Shown one piece after another: positions 1-10,273 of a DNA stretch of 64,000 bases. The notes beneath the pieces are model-generated. The model saw only the letters and a list, made by a program, of their open reading frames with translations. It did no database searches and was not told where the DNA came from. The stretch is taken from NCBI RefSeq assembly GCF_049554935.1, contig NZ_CP186926.1, forward strand, positions 1,312,001-1,376,000, in the 5' to 3' direction. Source of the stretch: Methanocaldococcus indicus (GTDB lineage: Archaea; AGJL01; Methanococci; Methanococcales; Methanocaldococcaceae). Within the stretch, counting starts at the first letter, position 1; each line of letters begins with the position of its first letter. The position numbers were made by a program, and so were the translations under genes.

Positions 1-456
1 AGAAGATTAGAAGATGCACATATAGAAGGAGCTGAAGAGTTTGAACCTTTCACAAATGAGGCTATTGATATGATTGTTGAAGAGTGTGATGGAATCCCAA
101 GAAAAATAATTATGACCTGTTCCGAATCAATATCAATTGCTATAAAAAAGAACCTTACTAAGATTGATGAGAATATAGTTAAAGAAGCAATACATTCATT
201 GGGCATTAGTGTTGGACATCAGATTTTAAATCATCTAACTCCTGCTCAATCTGAGATTGTTAAAGCAATGGCAAAGCTTGGTGGAACAGCAACAGTTACT
301 CAATTAGCAGAGTATTTAAAAAAATCTCCTGGAACCATTGGAACTCATCTCTCAGATATTTATGAGATGGGATATATTTACAAAGAAAGAGATGGAAATA
401 ATGTATATTACAAACTTTCCAAGGAATTAATAGAGGTTTTATTAGAGAAAGATTAA
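1..456 (+). CDS. C-terminal part of an AAA+ ATPase with C-terminal winged HTH (MJ0774-like), 5'-truncated by the window edge
   Basis: Frame is open from base 1 (RRLEDAHIEGAEEFEPFT...); AAA+ lid/sensor-2 'ECDGIPRKI' followed by wHTH 'TVTQLAEYLKKSPGTIGTHLSDIYEMGYI'. Confidence 0.8.
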   Translation, partial: RRLEDAHIEGAEEFEPFTNEAIDMIVEECDGIPRKIIMTCSESISIAIKKNLTKIDENIVKEAIHSLGISVGHQILNHLTPAQSEIVKAMAKLGGTATVTQLAEYLKKSPGTIGTHLSDIYEMGYIYKERDGNNVYYKLSKELIEVLLEKD

Positions 457-475
457 AAAATAAATTAAAAAAAAA

Positions 476-1954
476 TTATGTTTTATTTTTCTCTCTCCAT
501 TCTTTTAATATTCTTTCCCAATTTTGTCTTAAAAATTCTCCTACTTGTGAGGAATCTCTTGTTCCAACAACACAAGTCCAACCTGTTTTTTCTTCAATGT
601 CTCCTCTTGTTGATGCTGCTAATGCAGGTAAAATAATTATTCTATGATTCACTTTATCAGCTATTCCTGTCTCTTCTATTAATTTTTTAGCATTCTCTCC
701 ATTGTATTGTCCTCCTGCAACTGAAACATCAACCGCTTTTCCTCCTGTGTCCATAACCAACAGCCAACATGTCACATTATCTTTTTCAAAGTCCCCTGTA
801 ACTGTATAGAATGTTAAGGAGAAGTTGGTTGTTAATATAACTGGACTATTTTCATCAGGATTACCAATAGGATATAAGCCAGGTTCAACTGCTTGAGGTT
901 TTCTTGGGTCTGTGTAGATAGCTTGTCTTAATGTTAAGATAGGCATTAACTCCCAAATATCATAGTTATGCAAGATTAGAGCATCAGCATATCTATTTAA
1001 TAGAGTGGCTGATATAGTAGCTTCAAACATCTTAGCAGCATCTTCTTTACTTTTTATACTACCATTATCTATAAATTTAGTAAATGGAACCTCATAATTT
1101 AAAGCATAGTAATAGGCCTTTATTGGTAAATTTAATATTGGAAATCCAAGATATTTATCCTCTCTCTCTATTGCACTTCTTCTTATCATCACATTAAAAT
1201 CTAATGTTTCAGCTATATTTTCAGGATAAGTGTGAGGTTCTAAAACAATATCCTCAATACCATTGGCTAAACACTTTGCTGAGAGATTTTTTAGCTCTTT
1301 AACATTATTTGATGATACAACTAAAGCAACATCTTTTTTAGATTTTTTAATTACTTTAATCATATCATTTATATTATCTCTATTTGCACAGTAAATTAAT
1401 GGTTTTGACTTTATTACATTTAATGCCTCTTCAATTATCTCAGGATTTAAAGATGCTATACATATGGGCATATCAGTTTCTTTTTCAACAATTTGGATAG
1501 CTTTCTTAAATTTCTCTACATCTCCTGATGCACATCTAACAACAATAAAATCTAACTTTAATTTTTCTCCAGTTCTTTCAAATTCAAAATCTTCAATATC
1601 TTTTGCTCTCTTTTTAATCTCTTCTTCACTCAAAGTATCTGGGATATCTACACCTATAGCAGTAGGATTAAAAAATGTTAGTTCATATCTATACATTACT
1701 TCTTCTCCACCTAAAATAGCCTTCTTTTTTTCATTACCAAAACAAACCTCTTTAACTGGTGGAGATATAAGTTCCAAAATTTTCTTTTTATTTTTTTCAT
1801 AATTTGGAGTATTTAATATAGGACATTGGTCAAGTGTTGCCTCTCTCTCTAATAATTTTGTAGCAAAAGCCATACAAGAAGGATATCCACATTTTTTACA
1901 GTTTGTTTTTGGTAAATATTTATATATGTCCATTGCACTTATCTTTTTTGGCAT
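476..1954 (-). CDS. cdhE: CODH/ACS complex gamma subunit (corrinoid Fe-S protein large subunit)
   Basis: N-terminal 'LPKTNCKKCGYPSCMAFA...CP' 4Fe-4S motif; 'LRQAIYTDPRKP', 'TTNFSLTFYTV'. Confidence 0.96.
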   Translation of the reverse strand: MPKKISAMDIYKYLPKTNCKKCGYPSCMAFATKLLEREATLDQCPILNTPNYEKNKKKILELISPPVKEVCFGNEKKKAILGGEEVMYRYELTFFNPTAIGVDIPDTLSEEEIKKRAKDIEDFEFERTGEKLKLDFIVVRCASGDVEKFKKAIQIVEKETDMPICIASLNPEIIEEALNVIKSKPLIYCANRDNINDMIKVIKKSKKDVALVVSSNNVKELKNLSAKCLANGIEDIVLEPHTYPENIAETLDFNVMIRRSAIEREDKYLGFPILNLPIKAYYYALNYEVPFTKFIDNGSIKSKEDAAKMFEATISATLLNRYADALILHNYDIWELMPILTLRQAIYTDPRKPQAVEPGLYPIGNPDENSPVILTTNFSLTFYTVTGDFEKDNVTCWLLVMDTGGKAVDVSVAGGQYNGENAKKLIEETGIADKVNHRIIILPALAASTRGDIEEKTGWTCVVGTRDSSQVGEFLRQNWERILKEWREKNKT

Positions 1955-1967
1955 AAAATCCCCTCTT

Positions 1968-3152
1968 TTATGCTGTTATCCAATCATAATTATTTAATTT
2001 TGCTTTAACTTCTCCTGGTTTTGTTGTGAGTGTTTTTCCAATTTCTTTCAATGTTTTAACTGCTATAGGATTAAGCATCATAAACATATCTACTCCTGAT
2101 AGAAGCATAGTTATTCCAGTAGTTATTTCCCAAAGAGGTAATCTATACTCTCTTGGACCCCAGTCATCTTTTTTCATCCATGCTTCTCTTGCACCATTTG
2201 CATTAGTTGTTCCAGAGGACATAGGCATATTGACTAACTCATCTCCTTTTAAACCATTTAACCTTAATCTTGTCATTGCATTTATTGAGAACTCTATTCC
2301 ATATCCTAATGCACATGTTGTAGGGTCCATAACTATTCTATTAGGGTCTAATCCAGCATCTATAAGTTTCCTATTCAAATCTTTTGCCATATTTGGGTCC
2401 ATAATTGTCCAAGCTAAAACATTGTGGTCATACTTCATAGCTGCATTAACTATCCTTTTATAATCTAACTCTAAATTAGCAGATGCTAATAAACATCTAT
2501 CTCCTTCTGCAACTTCTGCACATGCCTCTAATACTAATGGGTCTTTATCTGGGTTTCCACTCCCCCCAATAACAAAAGGAACTTTAACAGCTTGAAGTAA
2601 ATCTTCCATTAATTTAGCTGCTTCTCTTGGTGATGTATCTTTAATTTTAGGGTCAGTTGATATATGATGGATAGTTATCATATCTGCCTCAAACTCTTTA
2701 ACACACTTCTTAGCCCATTCACAAGGGTCTTCCATAACATCCTCAAAAAACTGCTTAACAGGCTTAGGTAGGCTATGAAGTGGAATATCAAATATATCAA
2801 AAGTTACAACTGGAGGGTTAGGATAATGCTCTTCAAATCTGTATAAAGCTCTCTGTCCACCAACTTTTACAACTATTCCTCTACCACCTTCACTTTTAGG
2901 CTTTCCAAAAGAGACCTCCCTTATATATCCCTTATATTTTTCAATTGGTGGCTCAAAATCTAACTCTTCTATATCTTTAATCTCAATAATTCCTTCATCT
3001 GCAAGTTCTTGTTTTAGAGGTTGTGTCATTGGTACTCTTATAGGAGCTGATGTGGGAATGTTAATAACTAACTCATCTGCTTTGATTATTATATTCTCAA
3101 TCTCAATACCTCCAACTTTCTCAATAATTTTTAATAGTTTATCTAAATCCAT
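1968..3152 (-). CDS. cdhD: CODH/ACS complex delta subunit (corrinoid Fe-S protein small subunit)
   Basis: 'IGGSGNPDKD', 'MDPTTCALGYGIE', 'AREAW'; adjacent to cdhE. Confidence 0.96.
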   Translation of the reverse strand: MDLDKLLKIIEKVGGIEIENIIIKADELVINIPTSAPIRVPMTQPLKQELADEGIIEIKDIEELDFEPPIEKYKGYIREVSFGKPKSEGGRGIVVKVGGQRALYRFEEHYPNPPVVTFDIFDIPLHSLPKPVKQFFEDVMEDPCEWAKKCVKEFEADMITIHHISTDPKIKDTSPREAAKLMEDLLQAVKVPFVIGGSGNPDKDPLVLEACAEVAEGDRCLLASANLELDYKRIVNAAMKYDHNVLAWTIMDPNMAKDLNRKLIDAGLDPNRIVMDPTTCALGYGIEFSINAMTRLRLNGLKGDELVNMPMSSGTTNANGAREAWMKKDDWGPREYRLPLWEITTGITMLLSGVDMFMMLNPIAVKTLKEIGKTLTTKPGEVKAKLNNYDWITA

Positions 3153-3332
3153 AATTCCACCAATCTGTCATGATAAATCATTACAAATTTAGCTAATTAA
3201 AACTAATAAAAATACAAAGTTTATATACTTTATCTAAAATAAATTTTAAAAAAATTAGATATTCCTTGAACATTATAATATGTTGAGTATTATTAAAAAT
3301 AACATTGAATTAAAATAGTTCTAAAAAATAGT

Positions 3333-3657
3333 GGTGTGCATGGCTTCCTTGGGGTGGACTGGCCTCCCTACTTATCCCTGTAACCCCGAGGCCATCTCGG
3401 CCCCGCACCCCCGTGAGCACCGACGTCCCACCTACCGTTGCTCCCTTCCGGGCCTGGCGGGGTTCGGTGGGTAAAGGGGGTTATGCCCTCCTTACAGAGG
3501 GCACTCCCCCTCCGCCGAGTCCCACGGGACGAGGCCTCATTGATGGCCTCGGGAGGGACAAGTAGAGAGACCAGCCGCCCCCAAGTTTTCGGCCCCCGCA
3601 TAAGGACGGTTTCGGGTTACAGGGGACGCCCAACCCCCCGGCCTAGCCATGCACACC
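3333..3657 (-). ncRNA. ffs: Archaeal SRP (7S) RNA
   Basis: GC-rich island; termini GGTGTGCATGGC/GCCATGCACACC pair (helix 1); helix 8 GCCAGGCCCGGAAGGGAGCAAC; Alu UGUAA motif; T-tract downstream. Confidence 0.97.
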
Positions 3658-3676
3658 AAATATATATAATAGTCTA

Positions 3677-3690
3677 TTTTATATATAAAA
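3677..3690 (-). promoter_or_regulatory. TATA box of the SRP RNA gene
   Basis: TTTTATATATAAAA about 20-33 nt upstream of the RNA 5' end. Confidence 0.7.
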
Positions 3691-3724
3691 CTTGTCATAG
3701 AAAAATTAATATATAAAAATAAAT

Positions 3725-4108
3725 CTATAAAATTTTTACTATTCCTTTACTACCATCTAACAATAATTTATCTCCTGTTTTAATTTTATCTATATCTATC
3801 TTATCAACTGCTGGAATTCCTCCAAGAATAGCTCCTGTTGCAATAATTGGCTCACACTCTAAATTAATTATTCCCTTAAGAATACCTTTTTTTGCTAATG
3901 AATAGATGACATAACTTCCAACAGTACTACCTTTTCCATAAGGAAAAACAAAGATTTTGTCTTTTAAATTTTCTCCATAAACATCACTACTTTTATCAAT
4001 TATATTTCCATTATCATCAACTCCTCCTAAAAAAGAAAATGGCTTTTTAGACACTAATGCAATTCCCTCACATATACCTTTTGATATACTTCTACCTTTT
4101 AATATCAT
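3725..4108 (-). CDS. DUF126 / aconitase X swivel subunit (phosphomevalonate dehydratase small subunit)
   Basis: 'SFLGGVD', 'FPYGKGSTVGSYVIY' signature. Confidence 0.88.
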   Translation of the reverse strand: MILKGRSISKGICEGIALVSKKPFSFLGGVDDNGNIIDKSSDVYGENLKDKIFVFPYGKGSTVGSYVIYSLAKKGILKGIINLECEPIIATGAILGGIPAVDKIDIDKIKTGDKLLLDGSKGIVKIL

Positions 4109-4241
4109 TTTATTTCACACTCTTAATATTATTATAGAGCAGTCTTCCATAGATTTATTGGCTCCTCTTTATTAATTGAAATTATCACCTTTATCTCTTA
4201 CATCCTATAATACTCAATGAATGAAGTGTATATAAATATTC

Positions 4242-5090
4242 CTATAATATAATTTTAGCACCTTCATTGTTAGGTTTAGTTAATATTATTTTTCCATATT
4301 TTTTTAATGTATTAATTACTCTCTCAGTATTTTCTTTCTCAACTAATGCTATATAACTTGGGCCTGTCCCAGATAGTCCAGAAGTTAAGGCTCCAGCATC
4401 TAATGCCTCTATACTTATGTTTGTTGGAAAGTTTAAAGCTGATGAATATAGAATACCATTCAAAAATAGTGCTTTATAGTAATCTCCATTTAAAGCTAAG
4501 TTAAATGCTACTTCAACATAATCTTTTATGAGCTTCATTCTTTTAACATCCACATTCTTTTTTAAATTTGGTATTAAGATAACAATATCTAAATCCTCTC
4601 TCATTTTGTCTCTTTTAATTATCTCCCTTTTTAAATTATCAGTTATTGTTATTCCTCCATAGTAAGAGGCAGTAGCATCATCATAAGCTCCTGTAACTGT
4701 GAGTTTTTCATCAAAACATGACTTTATTGCTAAATCTAAAATTAATTTATCATCTATTTTTTCATTTAAAGCAGAGAATGTAGCTAAGACAACAGCATTA
4801 GATGTGGCACTACTTGAAGATAATCCTGATTTTATAGGAATTTCTGTCTTAGTTTCAACATAGGCAGAGTAGTTTAAATTAAAATAATCTAAAACATTTT
4901 TAACACATCTTATTATTAAGTTAGGCTCTATATCACTATCTAAAACTTTTCCTTTTATTTCATTTTTATTATCATCAATTAATTTAACTTTTGCATAAAC
5001 TTTTAAATCTATTCCAAAAGCAGAGCCTTTTCCTGTTGATATTGCATTAATTATAGTCCCAGATGCTAATGCGTAAGCTTCTCCTTCCAT
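4242..5090 (-). CDS. aroK: Archaeal shikimate kinase (GHMP family)
   Basis: '[15 protein letters not shown]', '[12 protein letters not shown]', 'TVTGAYDDA', 'LSGTGPS'. Confidence 0.95.
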   Translation of the reverse strand: MEGEAYALASGTIINAISTGKGSAFGIDLKVYAKVKLIDDNKNEIKGKVLDSDIEPNLIIRCVKNVLDYFNLNYSAYVETKTEIPIKSGLSSSSATSNAVVLATFSALNEKIDDKLILDLAIKSCFDEKLTVTGAYDDATASYYGGITITDNLKREIIKRDKMREDLDIVILIPNLKKNVDVKRMKLIKDYVEVAFNLALNGDYYKALFLNGILYSSALNFPTNISIEALDAGALTSGLSGTGPSYIALVEKENTERVINTLKKYGKIILTKPNNEGAKIIL

Positions 5091-5094
5091 TTTT

Positions 5095-5982
5095 TCACTT
5101 AAAGTAAGGTTCTCTCCTTCTTATACACTCTAAAAAATACTTTTCTAAATCTTCTCCATTTCTTATAGGGGTTAATATATCTACTAAGTTGTCATCCCTC
5201 AATAGACAGGGTTTTAGATATCCATCATGAGTAACCCTTATCCTTGTGCAATGAGCACAAAATTCTGAGTTGTCCATAGGTCTTACAAATTCAACCTCTA
5301 CTCCACTCTCTAATATATATTTAGTTCTATTATGCATTAATCTCCTTCTTATTACTTTTTTGGCTCTTTCTTTTATTTTTTCTTCTATTGGCTTTATATC
5401 AACATAAAATTTTCTATCTTCTTCATTTTGTGGAAGAAATTCAATAATTTGGAGAATAACTCCTTTATCAGCACAAAAATCAATAAATTCATCTATTTCA
5501 TTTATATTTAATGTTAAAGCAACAAAATTTATTTTTATTGGATAAAAGTATTTTACTGCCTCATCTATCCCTTCTAAAACAGATGTTAAATTACCTTTTG
5601 TGATTTGATAATACACTTCTGAATTTAAAGAATCTAAACTTATATTAACCCTATCTAAACCTGCTTCTTTTAAAGATTTTGCATATTTTTTTAGTAGAGT
5701 TCCATTAGTTGTTAATGAAATATCTTCAATTCCCCTGACTTCTCTTATTTTTTCAACAATTTCAACAATATCCTTTCTTATTAATGGTTCTCCACCAGAG
5801 ATTTTAACTTTCTTAACACCAAATTTTACAGATGTTTCAACAATCTTTTTTATATCATCAGATGTTAGATATCTATCATTTCCTAAGTGTCCCTCTTTAT
5901 GACAATAAAAACAGTTGAGATTACATTTATTAGTTATAGAAATTCTTAGAGATTTTATAGGTCTCCCATATCTATCCTTCAT
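5095..5982 (-). CDS. moaA: GTP 3',8-cyclase (radical SAM, Moco biosynthesis)
   Basis: CNLNCFYC, 'SGGEPL', C-terminal '[11 protein letters not shown]...KPCL'; ATG at 5982 preferred. Confidence 0.94.
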   Translation of the reverse strand: MKDRYGRPIKSLRISITNKCNLNCFYCHKEGHLGNDRYLTSDDIKKIVETSVKFGVKKVKISGGEPLIRKDIVEIVEKIREVRGIEDISLTTNGTLLKKYAKSLKEAGLDRVNISLDSLNSEVYYQITKGNLTSVLEGIDEAVKYFYPIKINFVALTLNINEIDEFIDFCADKGVILQIIEFLPQNEEDRKFYVDIKPIEEKIKERAKKVIRRRLMHNRTKYILESGVEVEFVRPMDNSEFCAHCTRIRVTHDGYLKPCLLRDDNLVDILTPIRNGEDLEKYFLECIRRREPYFK

Positions 5983-6044
5983 AGCTATCAAAAAATAAAA
6001 ATAGTTGTTTTTATAGTTATTTTTTTATAAATTTAATTATATTT

Positions 6045-6731
6045 TTATTCTTCTTTTTCTTCTGTTTTTTCTTCATCTTCTTTTTTTCTTTTAAATGTTT
6101 CTACAAATTTAACCTCATCTATATTTTCAAATCTTTTGAGAATTTCTTGAACAATTGCCAACTTTTGCCTTATATCAATTGGAGGAACTTCTATAATAAC
6201 TGTGTTTCCTTCAATTTTAACCTCAGCTGTTAATCTTGGAACAGCCATTTTAACAATTTCTTTTATAATATCTTCATCATTCTCTATAACTTCTTCTATT
6301 TTGATTCTATATTTTACTTCTTTCCCAGCTAATTCATGATTGAAATCTACTAAAACTCTTCCACTATTTACACTTACAATTTTTCCTGGAGTTCCATCAA
6401 CATTTATAACTAATCCTTTAACAACTGGAATTCCTCTCTTTTTAAATTCACTTATTGGGATAATCTTTATTTTAGATGGGTCTCTTTTACCAAAAGCTTT
6501 CTCTGGTGGTAAAACAACTTCTCTCTCTTCTCCAACATCCATCTCTAATAAAACTTCATCTAAACCAGGAATAACTTGACCATCTCCTACAAAAATTGCT
6601 ACTGGTCCATAAACAATATTTGGATTGTATATTCCTTCTGCCTTTGCTTTTTCTTCATCTGTTGTATCAAACAACTTACCTTCAACATATCCATCATAAC
6701 TTATTCTGACTAACTTACCTTTTTCTACCAT
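6045..6731 (-). CDS. Long-type archaeal FKBP peptidyl-prolyl isomerase/chaperone
   Basis: 'LFDTT', '[10 protein letters not shown]', '[10 protein letters not shown]' plus C-terminal extension. Confidence 0.93.
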   Translation of the reverse strand: MVEKGKLVRISYDGYVEGKLFDTTDEEKAKAEGIYNPNIVYGPVAIFVGDGQVIPGLDEVLLEMDVGEEREVVLPPEKAFGKRDPSKIKIIPISEFKKRGIPVVKGLVINVDGTPGKIVSVNSGRVLVDFNHELAGKEVKYRIKIEEVIENDEDIIKEIVKMAVPRLTAEVKIEGNTVIIEVPPIDIRQKLAIVQEILKRFENIDEVKFVETFKRKKEDEEKTEEKEE

Positions 6732-6816
6732 TTTTACTTCACCATAAATTTTTAATTTTTTGGAAAATTATTAATGATACTATTTATATTTTAATTTTCA
6801 TTAAAATATCTAAAAC

Positions 6817-7443
6817 TTATAATCCTGCATAATCTTCTAAGATAACAATATTCTTTCTTGTATCATAGATAAAATAACTCTTAGGAGATGGATTTACAAC
6901 TATTGTATTATCTATTTTATCTATACATCTACTTTCATGAATATGGCCACAGGCACATAAAACAACATCATTATTCTCTATAAATTCTCTAACAGCCTTA
7001 CTACCAACATGAGTATTATTGACAATATCTGCCATAGTTCCATAAGGTGGAGCATGAGAAACTAATATAATATTATCTAAGTTGTAAAATTTTTTTAGCT
7101 CATTTAAAAGTTCATTGTCATCATACTCATAATATGTATTAAATGGGGTTCTATTACTTCCTCCAATCCCTAAGAAGTTGTATTTATCTATCTTTTTAAC
7201 TTTTTTGTCTATATTTAAATTATAACTGTTTAGTTCATCTATAACCTCTTTTGTATCACAGTTCCCAGGGACACATAAAACATCTAAATAATCAGATAAC
7301 TCTGCTAAATCTTCAATAATCTCAATTCCTTTCCCAAAGTGAGTAATATCACCAGAAACAACTAAAACATCAGCTTTGTTTTTAAGTTCATATAATATTG
7401 AAGGAAATCTACCATGTAAGTCAGTAACTCCAATAATTATCAT
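6817..7443 (-). CDS. Calcineurin-like metallophosphoesterase
   Basis: DLH, GD, GNCD, SHAPP, GHIHE motifs. Confidence 0.9.
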   Translation of the reverse strand: MIIIGVTDLHGRFPSILYELKNKADVLVVSGDITHFGKGIEIIEDLAELSDYLDVLCVPGNCDTKEVIDELNSYNLNIDKKVKKIDKYNFLGIGGSNRTPFNTYYEYDDNELLNELKKFYNLDNIILVSHAPPYGTMADIVNNTHVGSKAVREFIENNDVVLCACGHIHESRCIDKIDNTIVVNPSPKSYFIYDTRKNIVILEDYAGL

Positions 7444-8111
7444 TTTCTCACCACAAATCCAATATATGTGGATATATACTTATATGGTGTGTTATAAAAG
7501 AATTTATCTAAAAAGATATTTGATAAACCAAAACTAAACTCTAATTTAAAATTTAATTTATTTAAAAGTTTTATTATTTCTTTATATGAGTAAAATCTTG
7601 TTTTAACATTATATTTTTTGTTGTTAATAACTTTATAAATTTCTCCTTTCCTTTTCTTTATAGCTGAAAATATCTTTTTTGGTTTTTTTAAATTTTTTAT
7701 AATCCAAAAAATATCATATACATTAGCTAATGTAAATATGAATATTCCATCATTTTTTAATACTCTTCTTATTTCCTTAAAAGCTCTAATAATATTACAA
7801 TGATTCAATGCTCCAAAAAAAGATATAACTGCATCAAAAGAGTTATTTTTAAATGGAAGATACTCAACATTTCCAACTACAACAGGATTATACTTTTTAG
7901 CTATTTTAGCCATCTCTAAGGATATATCTAATCCAATAGCTTTCTTAAAATATTTTAAATGCCTCCCTGTTCCACATCCAATATCTAAAACTAAATCATC
8001 CTCTTTTATATACTTGCTCATAATTTTTCTTTCAACATCTTCCATATAATTTAGATTATAAAGTTCATTATACTTCTTTGCCAGTGCATCATAATATTTG
8101 ATAATTTTCAT
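7440..8111 (-). CDS. Class I SAM-dependent methyltransferase
   Basis: 'VLDIGCGTG', 'GLDIS', 'LPFKNNSFD'. Confidence 0.88.
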   Translation of the reverse strand: MKIIKYYDALAKKYNELYNLNYMEDVERKIMSKYIKEDDLVLDIGCGTGRHLKYFKKAIGLDISLEMAKIAKKYNPVVVGNVEYLPFKNNSFDAVISFFGALNHCNIIRAFKEIRRVLKNDGIFIFTLANVYDIFWIIKNLKKPKKIFSAIKKRKGEIYKVINNKKYNVKTRFYSYKEIIKLLNKLNFKLEFSFGLSNIFLDKFFYNTPYKYISTYIGFVVRK

Positions 8112-8122
8112 ATATTTTTCAC

Positions 8123-9277
8123 TTATATCTTTTCAATATCTAAAAACAAACATTTTAAATATTCAGTACCTTTTGATGTTATAGGATGGTCTCTGGCTTG
8201 GCTACCTATATAAAAGATTCTTCCCCATTTTTTAGCTTTTAATACAGCATCAATAACTAAAGCTTTAAAATTATCCATACTTACTGGCTGAGAGCATGAA
8301 CAACTAACCAACAAATTCTTTGTTAATTTAGCACCTAATCTATTTAGATAATGATAACCCTTTAAAGCATTTTTAAGGGATTTTTTAGATTGGGCAAAGG
8401 CAGGGGGGTCTAAGATAACTGTATCAAAGGATATATTATCATTTAAGAAAGATTCCATAACTTCAAAGGCATTACCTTCAATAAACTCATACTTATCTTT
8501 TGGGATTTTGTTAAGTTCCATATTTTCCTCAGCAACTTTTAAAGCTTTTTTAGATAAATCTACTCCAACAACATAACCTCCTCTTAAAGCTGCATGGACA
8601 GAGAATCCTCCTGTATAACAACAGACATCTAAAACTTTATCCCCCTCTTTTATAAACTCCTCTAAAAATATCCTATTCTCCCTCTGGTCTAAAAAAAATC
8701 CAGTTTTTTGTCCATCAAACCTTACAATAAATTTAGCTTCTCCCTCTGTTATTATTGTCTCTTTCTTTGTACCATATAAATGTTTTTCAAAATCTTTTAG
8801 TCCAGCTCTTCTTCTATTTCTACCTGAACTTTTTTCAAAAATACTCTCAATACCTAAATCTACTAATGTCTCAACAATAACATCTCTAAATTTTTCAATA
8901 CCATAATTAAATATTTGAATGGTTGCAATATCATTAAATTTATCAATTATTAAACCATTCAACCAATCTGATTGTGTATAAACCATCCTATAACTTTCTT
9001 TATATCCTATCTTTAACCTAAACTCATTTGCTTTAGTTATTTTATCTCTTATATATTTTTCATCTAATTCCTCCTTTCTTAGAGTCATTATTCTAACTTC
9101 ATAAGGATTTTTAAACCCTCTGCCTAAAAATTTTCCTTTTTTTGAGTATATATCAACAACTTCCCCTAATTCAGCTCTATCAAAATCTTCCTTATTTAGA
9201 ATATTCTCTCTTGGAATTATTAAATTTCCTTTCTCTATTGCAGAATATCCTCCAAAATCAACATAAAGCTTTATCAT
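8123..9277 (-). CDS. RlmI-like PUA-domain rRNA m5C methyltransferase
   Basis: 'GQKTGFFLDQRENR', 'LDVCCYTGGF', 'ILDPPAFA', 'SCS'; ATG at 9277 with SD. Confidence 0.9.
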   Translation of the reverse strand: MIKLYVDFGGYSAIEKGNLIIPRENILNKEDFDRAELGEVVDIYSKKGKFLGRGFKNPYEVRIMTLRKEELDEKYIRDKITKANEFRLKIGYKESYRMVYTQSDWLNGLIIDKFNDIATIQIFNYGIEKFRDVIVETLVDLGIESIFEKSSGRNRRRAGLKDFEKHLYGTKKETIITEGEAKFIVRFDGQKTGFFLDQRENRIFLEEFIKEGDKVLDVCCYTGGFSVHAALRGGYVVGVDLSKKALKVAEENMELNKIPKDKYEFIEGNAFEVMESFLNDNISFDTVILDPPAFAQSKKSLKNALKGYHYLNRLGAKLTKNLLVSCSCSQPVSMDNFKALVIDAVLKAKKWGRIFYIGSQARDHPITSKGTEYLKCLFLDIEKI

Positions 9278-9284
9278 AATTCTC

Positions 9285-10064
9285 TCACTTGTTTTTAATC
9301 TCTTTAATAATATCAATAATCTCTTTAATATGATAAATTTTTTTATCAGCTATTTCTAAAACTTTTGGTGAGACAGAGCCATTTTGTAAAGTAGCTATTG
9401 ATAAATCACTCTCTTTCATAGCTAAAACATCATTAGCTCCATCTCCAACCATAACTGTAAAATATCCTTCTTCTTTTAATTTTTTTATTAAATCTCTCTT
9501 GTCAAATTGATTAGCTTCATAAATATAATTGTCTATTTTTAACCTTTTAGCTAAATTTTCTACCATTCCTTTTCTATCCCCAGATGCAATATATATTTTA
9601 TCAACTAAATTTTTTAGCTTGTCTATTGTTTCTTCTACTCCATCAAACAAACAACCTCCTGTTGCAATAGTATAAGATATTTTTTTATCATAAGTATCTG
9701 CAATTAGAGCACTACCATATCCTGTCTCCAACTCATATCTTTTTAATACATTTAATGGCTCTTTAAGCTCCTTCATTTTTGTTTTATTATCCTTAAAAAT
9801 ATTTTCTTTTATAATAGGAGGATTACAATATGATATTCCTATATTAACCTTTTTTAGAAAATTAGATATTAATTCATTGTCATCCTCTTTATCCACAACT
9901 TCAATAGGACAATCTTTTATAATAACCAATACTCTACCTTTCTTTTTATCAACTAAATCAACTGTCTGTTTATTACAAATAAATTTGTTCTTTTCTATAT
10001 CTTTAATAACTCTAATAATTTTAACTAATGTCCCAGCTGAATCAAAAACAATAGCTATCCTCAT
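9285..10064 (-). CDS. HAD-superfamily hydrolase (soluble P-type ATPase-like)
   Basis: 'FDSAGTL', 'IASGD', 'MVGDGANDVLAM'. Confidence 0.87.
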   Translation of the reverse strand: MRIAIVFDSAGTLVKIIRVIKDIEKNKFICNKQTVDLVDKKKGRVLVIIKDCPIEVVDKEDDNELISNFLKKVNIGISYCNPPIIKENIFKDNKTKMKELKEPLNVLKRYELETGYGSALIADTYDKKISYTIATGGCLFDGVEETIDKLKNLVDKIYIASGDRKGMVENLAKRLKIDNYIYEANQFDKRDLIKKLKEEGYFTVMVGDGANDVLAMKESDLSIATLQNGSVSPKVLEIADKKIYHIKEIIDIIKEIKNK

Positions 10065-10230
10065 AATCAACAGCAGCAATAGTTTTTTATTTCTTAATAA
10101 ATAATAACTATATTAATTAAATATTAATTTTTTTGGTTAGTCTATAAATTATAAAATGTACATATGTAAATTTATAATTTTCAGTAAGATTAATATATGT
10201 GCTCAGTATTTTTTTATAACCTTACAAAAA

Positions 10231-10258
10231 AGGGGATGTGGCTAAAAAGCTGAACCCT
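10231..10258 (+). promoter_or_regulatory. Putative eL15 ribosomal-protein leader hairpin
   Basis: AGGG-GATGT-GGCT-AAAA-AGCT-GAA-CCCT stem/internal loop/stem immediately 5' of the rpl15e SD. Confidence 0.6.
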
Positions 10259-10273
10259 AAAAAGAGGGGTAAA

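Noticed and set aside
3368-3716. Two Pro/Gly/Arg-rich ORFs (3368-3601 minus, 3438-3716 plus)
   Set aside because: Artefacts of the GC-rich SRP RNA gene.
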